A stretch of 62,167 nucleotides of DNA, the filler included, from Rhabdomonas costata (taxonomy: Eukaryota): NCBI GenBank assembly GCA_019059605.1. It is 31 parts of 31 records of this genome, joined end to end, with 100 filler letters (N's around TTAATTAATTAA, not from the genome) between each part and the next. Parts side by side here need not be neighbours in the genome. Positions count along the whole stretch, not along the records: positions 46,206 to 48,113 come from JAHMHO010007512.1; positions 48,214 to 50,121 come from JAHMHO010007513.1; positions 50,222 to 52,129 come from JAHMHO010007514.1; positions 52,230 to 54,138 come from JAHMHO010007515.1; positions 54,239 to 56,146 come from JAHMHO010007516.1; positions 56,247 to 58,153 come from JAHMHO010007517.1; positions 58,254 to 60,160 come from JAHMHO010007518.1; 24 more parts are not named here. One strand, written 5' to 3'. Both the position numbers and the translations under genes were made by a program. The stretch's first letter is position 1; each line of letters starts with the position of its first letter. Below, in pieces: positions 46,858 through 59,310 of the stretch. The notes below the pieces were generated by a model. That model was not told the DNA's origin and did not search any database. It saw only the letters and a list, made by a program, of their open reading frames with translations.

Positions 46858-48056
46858 GGAGTACAGCGTCTGCGTGCCCTCGATGCCCTTGAACGCGTAC
46901 AGCCCGACCTCCGCCAAAACCACCTCCGCACGGGCCTGCTCGTCTAGCAGGCTCAGCGCGGCCTCGCTGAGCAGCACCTGCCCGCCCAGCGCCTTGGACT
47001 CCACCCGTGCGGCGAAGTTCACCGCGGGCCCGAAGTAGTCCGCCTATAAAGAGAGAGGGAGCGAGGCCAATTGGAACTAGTTTCGGGTGAACCGTGCAGG
47101 ATGGTCGCGGTAAAGGGAAAAGAATGCTTTCGCCAGCAACACCAATGCCAGATGCGCCGCCACGCTCACCTTCACGTGTGTGCGTGTTTACGTTTACTTT
47201 CCTTTACACAAACGCGAACAACCAAACACAACTGTCCCTAATTCAAAGAAGAAAACCACTGCCCCCACAGCAGAGCGTGTGCCCTACACGGTTCAAGAGG
47301 CCGCAACCCACAACCCACCACCCCAGCCCAAAGCGAACGATGGGGAGACAGCGCCATTAGTGCTGTTCATCCTTCCATTCCTGCCTACGGAGCTTCCCGA
47401 GTGATCAGCAGGGCTTTTGGCCTTCCTCCACACTTGTTTGGTTGAAACAAGGCGGTTCGCATTTCCTCATCCTCATCGATGCTCGCGCTGATAAGAGCTC
47501 TGAAGCTAACAAATACATTAGAAGGGCATAAGTAAGACAGCGTCTAAGCTGTTTTGACCTGCTCAAGCAAACACTGGCTGTGGCGATGCAGTCCAGCAAA
47601 ACAGATCTGACTGAAACACAAACGTCATTGTCACCAAACCCCAAAACCTAAAAAGACAGGGTGGGAGTGCACAAAAGCACCCCTTCACTGTGTTCCGATT
47701 GAATGAAACTGGCCAAAGACAATTGTGTATCCTCCAAATAATTACCAAACAACACAATTACAAAACAACAACCGCAAGCGAACGTGTGTGGATGAACGCA
47801 CACACTCTCAGAGTCTCTGGGTCCACCTCCACCCGGGCAGACCCCACGTGGATCCCGACCCGCACTCGAAGCCCGCACCACAGCACGACCCCATCGTCGT
47901 CCAGCAGCCTGGAGCCATCGCGCTCCGCCAGAAGGGATTCGGGCCAGGATGCACGCAGCAACTCCAGCTGCAACTGAGTCGCAAACCTCACCGCGTTCAG
48001 GAGCTCAGAAAAGGCGACGAAGAAGCTGTCCCCGATGGTCTTCACCTCATACCCAC
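46858..48056 (-). CDS. Class III adenylate cyclase catalytic domain, 2 exons
   Basis: Exon 48056-47806 (GYEVKTIGDSFFVAF..WP..GLRVRVGIHVG..DPETLR) joins exon 47043-46858 (ADYFGPAVNFAARVESKALGGQVLLSE..FKGI). The Lys/Asp ATP-specificity pair and NxAAR motif are intact. Confidence 0.95.
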
Positions 48057-49050
48057 CTGGGTCAAAAGGGCAAGTCTAGGTTGCGATGGTGTGGGAGTGG
48101 GGCACAACAAACCNNNNNNNNNNNNNNNNNNNNNNNNNNNNNNNNNNNNNNNNNNNNTTAATTAATTAANNNNNNNNNNNNNNNNNNNNNNNNNNNNNNN
48201 NNNNNNNNNNNNNGGTGTGGGTGGGGGTGGTGTGGGTTAACATTCTCTCACTCTCCTCTCTCAACACCACGCTATCATGCTCTGTGATTGGTGTTTGTTG
48301 CTCTATATGCCCCCAACCCCATCGTAGTGGTCGTAGTGGTTCTTTTTGCGCTCACGCTTGTTTTTCATTCTGCGAAGTTAACACTATGAGTGAAAGAGAG
48401 ACCGCCTAGCGGGTTCCCCACCCTGCTCGCTTTTCTTCCAGTTACTTCCAGTTAACGCGGTCTCTGGTTAGGAGCAGTTTTGGTTAGGAGCAGCTTTGAT
48501 CCACACTTCGAGTTTCCGTGTCTTTTCTATTTCGTCACACAGCGCCGTGAACAACAAACACAGCTGTCTCTTATCAAACAAGAAAACCTGTATCGGCACC
48601 TGAATGCAGCTTTGCCGGCACACCCAACCGCTCCAAACAGAGTGGGATTTTTAACATTAGGGGAAAAAATGGCAACCAAGCACAGGAATGCACGCTCGAA
48701 AGGGTGAGAGTACACAGGCACAGGGAAAAGAAGAGGCTGGGTCGAGTGTGAGCACAAAACGGGTCTGTCGTTGCGTCCAAACTGGAAACGAAAAATAATG
48801 TGCTTGACTTACACAATTCTTCCTCCCTCCCTCCCTCCCTCTTGACTCTCGAGATCGTGGTCCCTTCTCATTCATTTTTGCTCTTCATGTCCATTGGTGC
48901 CACTGTGTATCACCAGCACTGTGCTTTTGTCTTCACTGATGCGCCTGCTTTGCCGTGATAAAAAAAATAGTGTGCTGGAAAGACAGCTTCGGCCCACCAG
49001 AATTAAAAAAAATAAACTTTCACGAAACCCGCTACATGTCTCCCACAAAC

Positions 49051-49468
49051 CTTTTCCTTGCGCTGGATCGCCTCAATGGCCGCCTCCGCCCTCCGCAGCT
49101 CCAGCAATAGCTTCTCTCGCGCATGCCGCTGTACCTCCAGCTGCGCACACAAGTCCTGTTGCTCTCGTTTTAAGCTTTCCGTGCGCTCCGCGAGCCCCGC
49201 GCAAAAAGTCACCGAGCACTCCAGCGGATCTAAGGCAACGGCCTCCGCGCCAGCCAGTCCACTTCCCGTGGCGCCACCACAGCTCAGCAGCTGAGATTCC
49301 TGCAGGAACTCTAACAGTGGGCAACTAAATTCTGGGTCCTCTGGGTTGTGCAACTTCTCGAATAGAAGGTACAGCCCACTGGTACTGCTGCTGCTGCTCG
49401 CATGGCTTCGACAGCTACTACTTCCACTAGGGCTGGGGCTGGGCAAGGATCGTGCAGGACCCCCATAC
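49051..49468 (-). CDS. Hypothetical coiled-coil protein exon
   Basis: AG/GT-bounded open frame ending LAERTESLKREQQDLCAQLEVQRHAREKLLLELRRAEAAIEAIQRKEK. Confidence 0.55.
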
Positions 49469-50226
49469 CTGTCCAGAGACATGGTCTTATAAGACGAGGA
49501 AGCAGTGCCAACGCAATTCTAATTCGTCTTCCGCATCTCGATGGGGTGGTGAACAAATCAGAGAAACATCAAAACAACAATGGCTGAAAAGGGGAATGCA
49601 TGCCACAAGAACCACCAACCCAAATAAAAAGCAAAGGAAGAAGAAACGGAGGAATTTTGACGGAGCTTTGGGCCATGGCCAAACTACCGCATGACGCCTT
49701 GGTTGAGGAGAACGAAAAACGCCAGGGTGGTGGAAAATCAACCACATTTCTAACGTTGGACGCTCCGTTTATTGAATTTTTGACATTGACAGCCTACAAT
49801 GCCCAGCACAAACAGGGTGCCCAACAGATTCGGCGGCACACAGCAGCGGGCTATACTGCCTGAAACAAAGCGCACTGGACTTCGAACAAAACACCGGAAC
49901 ACAAAGTGAAAACGGCGGGAGGGGGGAAGGGAAAAACATCCGTGAGAAAAGGGAGAGATGCGAATGAACTTCTCGTTCGGCGAATCCAAAAGGGCCCTGG
50001 AAACACACACACTCATGCACTCACACATTCACACAGCGGAGGTCACCGCTGGCACAGAAGCAGCAGCTCAGCGCGAGGCAGACAAGCTCAATTCCGAGTT
50101 GTGACAATCAGTGATACCACANNNNNNNNNNNNNNNNNNNNNNNNNNNNNNNNNNNNNNNNNNNNTTAATTAATTAANNNNNNNNNNNNNNNNNNNNNNN
50201 NNNNNNNNNNNNNNNNNNNNNGTGTG

Positions 50227-50391
50227 TGAGTGCGGATGTTAAAGTGTGCGAGTGAGAGCAAGCGGTTTATTTCAACGCGCGCAACGATGCGGCGGCGTGC
50301 CCCACCACAGATGTGACATCCTGAGCCCCATCGTTGCGCGCGTTGAAATAAACCGCTTGCTCTCACTCGCACACTTTAACATCCGCACTCA
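50227..50391. repeat. Terminal inverted repeat (fold-back chimera), 63-bp arms
   Basis: 50227-50289 is the reverse complement of 50329-50391. The outer arm begins in the G/T tail at the contig start. Confidence 0.9.
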
Positions 50392-50700
50392 TACATCCAC
50401 TGACACATTCACATCCTCAATCAATCACCCTTCACTCCCGGTTAATAAGGAGAGAAGGTCTTATCATCCGCCCACAGCGCTGTGTGGTGTGAGCAACATG
50501 GGCTCCAGGCGATGATCTCTGGTTGATCCCCCTCGGGAGCAGTAAGAAGCGGTTATAGCGCGCAGAGAACTCTTCTTGGGACGATCAGGGGCTCCCTTTC
50601 AGTGTTGGAAACAAATCCCCGCCAACACCGAAGACATAGACAGAGGCCCTGAACGTTGAAAAAAGGGGAGGATCGTCCTCGGCGCCAGGTATACGCATAC

Positions 50701-51641
50701 CTGAGCAGCCTGAGAGCGAGAACGTCCCCGAGGGCGAGTAACAGTTCACCACCACCGCGCCGCTGAACCCCAAGGTACACGAGATCCCAGTACAGCTCGC
50801 TGCAGTGAGGTACCCGCTGCAGGTGGTCCAGGAGGGTACGTAGTAACCCCCGGGCAGGGGAGACGGAAGAGAACAGGTGTTCGCTGCCAAACAAAACCAA
50901 GGGAATAATCGAATAAAAAACCGCGGAAAAAATCCGGAGTGTGTTATGCATACGGCGTAGGGAAGTAATCAAGAGTCAAGATAACGCGCCCCGCAGCATG
51001 CTTCATGTTAAGTAGAGATCTCGGCACACAACAAGCGACTCAAATGACAAGCTCGACTGCCTGACATTTTCGCACCTACACATGCAGTTGGGGTAAAGCA
51101 TATAATTAAACACAGAAGACCCAAAATAGACATGTACCCCCGCGAAAGGCTGGATTTCCATCGTTAAGTCGTTAAGTGTTAAGTCGGAGAACAGTACCGA
51201 CTCTCAAGTTCTCAAGGCGGACGGGGAGGAGGAGTGCAATGCTTTCCTTATATGATTGACGGCAAGAGTGGTGAGATGTCTCTCCGGAAAATGCGTGGAG
51301 AAAAGGAGTACCGAGGTCGAGATGTCACAAACGTAACCAGATGAAGGCGTCCTGAATGCGAATGTCCACCACCGCAAAAAAAAAAGGGGGGCAAGGGGGC
51401 ATGTTTCGCCTTAACAACTGCCTCCACACGTAGTCATTTAGATATACATAGAGGATAGATATACCTCATAAAAATGGTCCCCTCCCCAAACTCGTTATCC
51501 ATTAAAAGCTTTTACCCAACATTCACACCAACGCACCCGTGCAGCAGTCGGACGTGGAGCATCCCGATGACGCGCACGAAGTAGTACTCCCTCCCGTGGT
51601 GTACCCCGACGGACAGGTAAACAGGCTACAGGAGGTGACCA
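50701..51641 (-). CDS. Cys/Ser/Thr/Gly-rich extracellular modular protein, 2 exons
   Basis: Exon 51641-51537 (VTSCSLFTCPSGY..SCASSGCSTSDCCT) and exon 50883-50701 (NTCSLPSPLPGGYYV..C..C..CTLGFSG..C..FSLSGCS). Both are symmetric phase 1-1 exons. Confidence 0.75.
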
Positions 51642-52584
51642 CTGGGGAAGCGAAAGCGCGGCGGCGGAGGCGGAGCCAAGAAATCACATCAAAATGTTCG
51701 AAATACCTCAGGTGCACCGGGATTTCCGGGGTTTTTGGGATTCTCCCTGGGGTCACACAGGCGACAGAAGTGGCGCTAAAACAAAGCTGAAAAAGTCGGC
51801 GGCAAAGTATGCAATACACATGCACATACATGGTGCACTTGGCATGGGCGCGCTTTTTCCATGAGGTCAGGGCCCAACTCATCCCCTTCCACACTCTCCC
51901 TGGGCGGATCAAGGCGTTGGTTTTTTCTGGCTCCACTAATGTGGGGTCACCACTTTTGTGGTAGTTGTTCTTTCGTCTCACACAAGCGTGCACGCGAGGC
52001 GAGAAAAAAAGGGAACGTCCTCAGTGAAACAAACCTTCAAATGACAGCAATGTAACAATGTCACGTGCGGCCAGCTTCTGTCCACACACAATAAATGTAC
52101 AATACGCCGAGGTCACCCCTTCCTGCACCNNNNNNNNNNNNNNNNNNNNNNNNNNNNNNNNNNNNNNNNNNNNTTAATTAATTAANNNNNNNNNNNNNNN
52201 NNNNNNNNNNNNNNNNNNNNNNNNNNNNNATTTGTGTACGTTTGTAAGATAAAAAGACGGAGAGGGAACTGTTTCTTTCACTTCTCACAAGGAGACACAA
52301 ACAACAACCAGAATGCGCATGTGGGGTGCAAGCAGTTCCGGAGACACAGAGAGCATTCACAGCTGCACAGCCAAGCCACGGGGATGGTTAAAAAATCACG
52401 GAAATACCAGGTATCAGCTGCCTGCCGAAAAACCAATAAGGGCCCTCCTATCAATGAAAACACAAATGGCAGCTGATGTCGCAAGTAGCAACTATTTGGG
52501 GTCTAAAGAATGTGCCCCTGTAGACTGAAATGTGATGCCTACTTTCTTGTGAATTTCAGTGTGTGCCTATACCTAAACAACCAG

Positions 52585-54136
52585 GCCACATATAGGTTAC
52601 CGATCCACCACTTTCCTCCAATCAAAAACCATGACTGCACAAAAACCGCTTGTCAGCAGGTATATGAATGCGTCCTCCGGCCAGCAAGGGAGACGCGCAA
52701 GACCAGTCCACACGAACCGAGTCAACAAGCCAATTGAAGTACAAAGTCCGTCAACAGCTACAAGAAACTTGAAGAGCAGAAAACACACCATCAGCTTGTT
52801 CACCATCGTCCCAAAGAACGCTTGGATGTCCGCAATCTCCTTGAACCGGCTCCGCTTCTGTTTGATAACGTCCAGGTTCATCTCCGCAACCTCCTCCATC
52901 TGGTGGCTCAGCCGGATCAGCGGCGCCGTCACCAGGTACGAGATCAGCAGCCCCGCACTCACCGCAAGCACCGCGATCGCAGCCGCGGTGTACGCCAGCA
53001 TCCGCGCCGCCGCAGCGTTGATGTCTGCGAAGAGCTGAGTCAGGGAGATCACCACGCTGACCCGCCACACCAGCCCGTACGGCAGCGTCATGGTCTGCCC
53101 AAAGTGGTCGTACTCCTCCCCGTTGAGGGAGAAGCTGAATTTGACGGTGGCGTTGGAGGGCGAGGGCGCAGATGGATCTGTGCAGAATACCAGCAGGAAA
53201 AACAGTCCCTTAGCCGGTCCAGCACTTTTAGGTCCCGTGACACTTAGCCGGTCCTTCATCCTCTGGAGATCGGCCGGAGCCCGGAAACAAGAAAAAGAAG
53301 GATCTTGCCGAGCTAATGTAGCCACGGTTGAGAAAGGGAGTCTTCCCAACACGAGTCGTCAGTACAGTATGACGGGCTGGCCGAAGACAGCGTTTTTGGA
53401 ATTCTAACGCAGCATGAATGCATTGATGAGCCGCACTATCAGAAAGGTCACCCAAAACCTGCAGCCCCTAAAGTCAGGGCAACCCTTTGGCAATGTGTCT
53501 CATCTCCGAGGTGGCTCTGGGGGGGGCAGCCCCAAGCAAAGAAAAGAGCAATAGGCAATAGTGTATTCCCAAGCAGCACAAGTTTTGTGTGGTTTTGTGT
53601 GGAGCAACTCATGCCTGAGAGAAGCACCAGCCCCTCAACCCTTATGAATCCCTGGCCAAGCGGCACCTCGGAGAAATGACCTTGCCCCAGTGCCAGTACA
53701 TTTTACGCTTTGAGAAGCTATGAAGCCTTTTGAGGCATGGTTCACGAAGATGCGGTGGTTTTGGGAGTGACTATAATTTCAGCGTAGGCAATGCAGTGAT
53801 GGCCATGATTCCATCACATGGCCTTGGTTGTGACCAACGGTGAGAAACGGCACGGCTCCGGGGCGTCCGTGGAATGGCGGCATCTGCGGGAGGAGGCGTT
53901 GTCCAAAATGAACGAGCTTCAAACTATATCCTGATGAAAACCATGGGATCGGACCTGGTTATGGGACATGGGCTGGAAATTGGACCTTGAAGGGGCCAAA
54001 TCTCGGCGTAGAGAGGGTGTGCGAAGCCGGGAAACGGCCAACCAACTCAGGGATACTACCATACACGGCATATGAGCCACATATAGGTTACCGATCCACC
54101 ACTTTCCTCCAATCAAAAACCATGACTGCACAAAAA
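52585..54136 (+). repeat. 61-bp identical direct repeat (52585-52645 and 54076-54136)
   Basis: GCCACATATAGGTTACCGATCCACCACTTTCCTCCAATCAAAAACCATGACTGCACAAAAA occurs twice. The second copy is at the contig end. Confidence 0.9.
52789..53177 (-). CDS. Sensor-TM-HAMP exon of a receptor (adenylate/guanylate cyclase-type)
   Basis: GLVWRVSVVI (end of a Cache-like domain), a TM segment MLAYTAAAIAVLAVSAGLLISYLV, then HAMP-like TAPLIRLSHQMEEVAEMNLD..SRFKEIADIQAFFGTMVNKL. The exon is AG/GT bounded. Confidence 0.8.
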
Positions 54137-54279
54137 ACNNNNNNNNNNNNNNNNNNNNNNNNNNNNNNNNNNNNNNNNNNNNTTAATTAATTAANNNNNN
54201 NNNNNNNNNNNNNNNNNNNNNNNNNNNNNNNNNNNNNNGGGGTGGGGGGAATCGCGAGTGTAGAGTTGGGCACACATAC

Positions 54280-55822
54280 CGAAGCAACGGGAAGGCACCC
54301 CAGCTGCTGCAGCAAGGACGCGGACGCGAAGTGCACCGCGGCCTCCTCGGAAAAAGCACACCCACTTCGGGCCACCAGGTCATCTCCGACCTGAATCCCC
54401 CTCCCCCTCGCGTTGTCCCTGTTCCTGCCTCCCTGCAAAAATTCCTGGCCAAAAGAGCGTGAAAAAGGGCAAAAGAAACACGAGACACTTGAACACTTGA
54501 ACATGATCGTCAAGCATGGCACCTTGGCACAGGGATTCTGTAGAGAGTCCAACGTAAAATTCAATATCAAACAAAAACATTTCCGGACGTGAGCGGAAGC
54601 GATGACGTGCGGAGTGTTCATCAGGCCCACCTCCATGGGCCGAAATACAAAAAACTAATCTGCGCTTCTGCAGAAGTGAAACTGATACCTCCACGAGAGC
54701 CCAGAACCGAACCTCCTCCCCTTGGGGTTGAGGCCCGTCAGGGTCCACAGGGAGAGTAGTCCACCGGAGGCTCCTCACGGGCTGTGGCAGCCCCCGGAGG
54801 GCACACACTCGCACAAGCTCCTCAAAGAACGATGGGCAGCCAGGCCGGCCGGGCAACGGGAAGCACCTCTCCAGGCTGCCCCCCAGGAAGCTCACCAGAT
54901 TCCCCTCACACGAGGGGTCCTGCGGGGGCATGAGAAGCGCACAGTATCCCTGGGAGCCGGAGACCAAAAAATATTGTGGTGTGCGAGTGGAAAAACATCC
55001 TCCTCCCGACAATCATGCTCCAACATTGACAAAGCGACCAATTCAGTCTCCACGTTGAATGGTGTTTTCTTTCTGCAGAATGGATCACCGAAACTGCAGA
55101 ACTCTCATTTAAAAGAAATCGCCATTACCGATTTGAATTGAAAACCGGAAAACCAAAACTCCACCATAACCGAATGGCCTCTTCCGTTTCAGTGCGACGG
55201 TTAGTTCATACCGAATGGTTGACCTCCCGGAAAAGTGCCACCACCAGGTCCAGCGACAGCGCGGCATCCAGAGCCGCGTAGAGGACCTGACCATAACCCC
55301 AACCGCGCATCACAACGATGAATCCCACCGAAAGGTAAGAGGTAACTGCCACACCCTTTTCATAGGCCTCTGGGCCTTGTTCGCATAATTTTGGGCAAGA
55401 ATGGGCAAAAGGAATTCAGGAACCGTCGAAAGAATAGTACAAAATGTACAAAAAGCTAGTGATGAAATGAAATGAAATGTTTTCCATTGCGTCCAAAGCT
55501 AGTGAAAGTCACTGCTTCGGGAAGGGGGGCATGCAGAATGCAGAACTCGAAAGCGAAGGATGGAGGGCACCTGCCGCACGGTGAGTGGCTTGCGATTCCA
55601 ATCGGCACGACAAGGCTTGAGCTTCCCGTCGTTCAGAAACCTGCTGGTCAGCTTGCGCAGGCTGCACCCGCTGGGCAGCCCAGAGTAGTGTCGTGCTAGT
55701 ACCACCTGCAGGTCGACCCAGGCTTGCACCCCGCATCGCGCCGCTGCTTGCACGGCCTGCACGTCCTGCTGGGTGCCCACCCCTACCTTGATAACCCGGT
55801 AATCCTGAAGCGCCGCTTGAAC
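54280..55822 (-). CDS. DEDDy 3'-5' exonuclease (WRN/EXD2/Mut-7-like) with a putative C-terminal dsRBD-like domain, 4 exons
   Basis: Exons 55822-55571 (..IKVGVGTQQDV..WVDLQ..SLRKLT..DWNRKPLTVRQ), 55286-55224 (VLYAALDAA, ExoIII), 54949-54689 and 54390-54280. All are phase 0 and GT-AG. Confidence 0.85.
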
Positions 55823-56544
55823 CTGAAAGAAAGTTGAAAATACTGCTCCAACTATACAAACTATCCGCATGCACACAAGTCAACAAACATGCAACCGTTC
55901 GGCTACCGGACAACCGGTTAACTGTCGTTCACCAGAAATGGGAGCAGTCCTAAATATCCTTAAGCCTGGAAAACGTGCTCCCCCGCGGTTTGAAACCAGT
56001 CCTGCCACATCACGGCAAAAGCTTTCCATTAGCTCCTGCCATAGTCGCTCCTACACATCTGCGTTGTCAATACTCTCCATCATTCCCGATTTTCAGGGAT
56101 TTTCTGCTCGCACCGCCTTTATTTGTCCTCTCTTTCCCACCACACANNNNNNNNNNNNNNNNNNNNNNNNNNNNNNNNNNNNNNNNNNNNTTAATTAATT
56201 AANNNNNNNNNNNNNNNNNNNNNNNNNNNNNNNNNNNNNNNNNNNNGTGTGTGTGGTATTTCTGAACACCTGCAACACCCAAACGTTCTGCATTTCGATA
56301 GAAAGCGTCTGCGATGTTTCAGAGGTATCTAGGAGACAAGCTGCCCTGATACTTGAGCTTGGTTTCAGGCCAGAGCGCGATCAGCAGATGTGAAATCCGG
56401 GCAGGGGTAATCCGGGTAAGTGGTGAGAAGTAAGTCAGACAGCAAGAACGGACTCGGGATCTGCACAATTTTATTGCCTTACTTTAACTCCGGATCAAGA
56501 CCTCGTGTCAAGACTACATTGTAGAAAGCAACCACGTCAATGTG

Positions 56545-56895
56545 CTAGCAACGTTTCCACTGCTCCTCAAGGGCAGGACGCAGAACGCCAGCAAGCTCTG
56601 CATAGCCTGCTCTGTTCAAGTGAATGCCGTCAAACATGAAAAGGCCATCTTCCGCCAAAGCCGCATTAGCATCCACAAAATTTCGTCGCGAAGGGTCCTC
56701 CTGGCACATGGTCTGGCACAAGCGATTAAATTCGTGCACAGAGCTTGCCCAAGTCCTCCGGTCCGGGCTGACAAAGGATGCTAGAAACAGCAAATGTGTT
56801 GTTGCCGGAAGCCGCCGAGCAAACTCTGCCACTCGACCAGCGGCAGCGGCGGGTGAGTCTCCGCTCCACAAATCATTCGAACCACAGTAGTATAC
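56545..56895 (-). CDS. SGNH/GDSL-like hydrolase, last exon
   Basis: VYYCGSNDL (block III, GxND) and MFDGIHLNRAGY (block V, DxxH), followed by a stop. A CAG acceptor precedes it. Confidence 0.9.
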   Translation of the reverse strand, partial: VYYCGSNDLWSGDSPAAAAGRVAEFARRLPATTHLLFLASFVSPDRRTWASSVHEFNRLCQTMCQEDPSRRNFVDANAALAEDGLFMFDGIHLNRAGYAELAGVLRPALEEQWKRC

Positions 56896-58261
56896 CTGTA
56901 TAGCAATGGACACAGGCTGAGCGGCTTTCCCCTATTTGCCACCACCACCACCACCATCACCACCACCACTACCACCCTTCCTCTTGCTTCCGCAAACTTC
57001 AGCACTGCAGAATGGTTCCTCTCTTTCCAGGTCACCAAGTTTTGCAAACAATAGCAATACCTTTCAGAAAGAAGTTTCAGTTTACTTCTGTTCAAGAGAA
57101 GGGCCCCGCTGCTGGATAAGTTTTGTGTTCTAATGGTGGCCAATCGGCCCATCTTCCTCCAGATGTCCGTCTGTCCTCCAGCGGGGGGTTTCCTAGGGTC
57201 ACGTTGCAGGAAAGCGTGGCCGGAGATTGTTGGTATACCGCGGAGAAGAAAGGTGGTCTCCTGCGTTTGTGCGTGTGGCCTCTTTTGTGCACCTCTCTCG
57301 TTCCAACCGCGGAGGTGGGCTTTCGTGGTTGTTTGCGTGGGTATTTCTGATGCTCGAATTCTCACGAGATCTTCTGAGGAAACCTGAAGGCACGTCAGGT
57401 GGTTAGTGTGGAAGTGCCAGGGATTTTTGTGAAACAAAAGTCCTACCTTAAGTGCAGCGAGAAGCTCCTCTAAGATGCACTCGAGTTGAGAAGAAATTGG
57501 TTTCCTGGAGTTGTCAAGGAATCATGGGCGGTCCATCCTCGGTCCAAAATGGCTGCGGTGGAGGCACGAAGGATGCCGAATCCAGAACTCGCGTCTTGTA
57601 ATGAGTGGAGCCTAAGTTCCAAAGTAGGTTCGTGAACCTCTTGGAAAGTTCCGAACGACGGGAGGGAAGGGGGGTTGTCATCACTGGAGTAAACACGTTT
57701 GAATGAAAGGTGTCACGAAATGCCCCGAAATCGCTGTGATTGGTGGACTTGTGGTTGAAGCCATATCCTTTTGCTTATTTTTTGACTGAAACCCAATACT
57801 CTGGACGACCTTTTTAATGCAAGCAACAAATAAGGACTTTCCTTTTCCGTTTTCCCGACAGCGTCCAGCCATCTTCTGCTTCACCCCCTGCATAAGGCGC
57901 TTGTATCAGGGTCACCGCCTGACTGTAAAATGCTCGTCATTCCACTGTCGGTGCTCGGTTGCGGCGTCGCAGAAGGGGCCTGGATAGCTTGCGAATGGAT
58001 TTTCCTGAAGCGAAGACGCCCAACCGAAGGTGTGGGTCCGTCTGAGGTAGAGCTCAGTAGTCCCGCGCCAGTTGTGCCCAGCGAGTCTCCCAGGACAAGC
58101 AGCCTTCTTGAGCCCATCGCAGCTCCTGGGCTCCTGATTGTGAGCAACCCCCCNNNNNNNNNNNNNNNNNNNNNNNNNNNNNNNNNNNNNNNNNNNNTTA
58201 ATTAATTAANNNNNNNNNNNNNNNNNNNNNNNNNNNNNNNNNNNNNNNNNNNNGGTGTGTG

Positions 58262-58511
58262 GGTTACCTTTCACGTTGCAATGATGACATCATGCTTTCC
58301 TTTTAAACAAAACCTACAGATTGCACGCTGCAACAACAGGGGCATGCCTGCACAAAGTTTTAGGAGCACAAAGGAAAGACCCAGGTCTGCTTCGGCTTCA
58401 TTGCCCTAATATAAAATTTGTGCAGGCATGCCCCTGTTGTTGCAGCGTGCAATCTGTAGGTTTTGTTTAAAAGGAAAGCATGATGTCATCATTGCAACGT
58501 GAAAGGTAACC
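58262..58511. repeat. Terminal inverted repeat (fold-back chimera), 95-bp arms
   Basis: 58262-58356 is the reverse complement of 58417-58511. The outer arm starts in the G/T tail. Confidence 0.9.
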
Positions 58512-58869
58512 GACACAGACATTAACAGCGAAAGTTTCTGGAGCACTCCAGACCAGTTGTTGTTCCTGGCATGGTTTTCCTTGCAACAGGATAGAGTACG
58601 AATCCTTCAAGAAAAAAGCATGGGTGCACAGACAAATTTGTTGAACTTCGGTTGTTGAACCCCGGTGAACTGCATTGCAACACACCCAGTTGTTCGGCGC
58701 TTGGCCTCGGCGGGCCGTGAGAATCGCCTGCATTCCTGCGTGAGCCCCAAAAATCAGCGCATAGTGGTTCGGAAGGTGCACAATTCCAACAGTCTGCCTC
58801 CGCCCCAACACCAACACTAGACCCTCCACGCCCCCAGCCGCATCAACAGTGAGTACCACACAACTGAGC

Positions 58870-59310
58870 GTCGGCGCCGAGGGTTTGGACGAGCCCAGTC
58901 TCAACCGCTGCAGGTGCTTCACCGCACGGCACAGGCCCCAAACCCCAAAACGAGCGGTGGATGGGCTCCCGCAGCGAAGTTTCGCAAGACCCCAGAGGTT
59001 CAGCACAAGTTCTTGCATCACCTTTTCCAAGCTGGCGCCCTTCCGTGACGGCCCTTCAGGAAGAGAGGCGACCGCCGAGCTGCGGCGACGCACAGACGGC
59101 AGCCTTGAAGAAGACTTGGGTTCAGGTGTGGAACTTTGGACCCGCTGCTCTGCATTTGGGTCTGCGTCCTGCAACTGGTTCTCAAGAACTTGACCAGGAA
59201 GGGTGCTCCAAGGTAGCCCTGGAGATAACGCGGTGAGGTGCTCTTGAATAGCAGAAAAGCATGCCAGCTTCTGCTGCTGAGTGGTGGGAGGTGGTTCGTA
59301 CAACCTGTTG
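58870..59310 (-). CDS. Hypothetical protein exon(s), possibly helical-repeat/RAP-like
   Basis: Long open frame containing MQELVLNLWGLAKLR, which is reminiscent of OPR/FASTK-type helices. Boundaries are uncertain. Confidence 0.35.

Noticed and set aside
20884-55822. Helicase and exonuclease as a physically clustered silencing locus
   Set aside because: They are on separate contigs joined artificially, so co-occurrence shows at most that they are in the same assembly.
58262-58511. Long perfect hairpins (also 9800, 13865, 50227) as miRNA precursors, TIR elements or hairpin telomeres
   Set aside because: All abut contig ends, three of the four end in primer-like tails, and one inverts coding sequence. 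They are best explained as amplification fold-backs.
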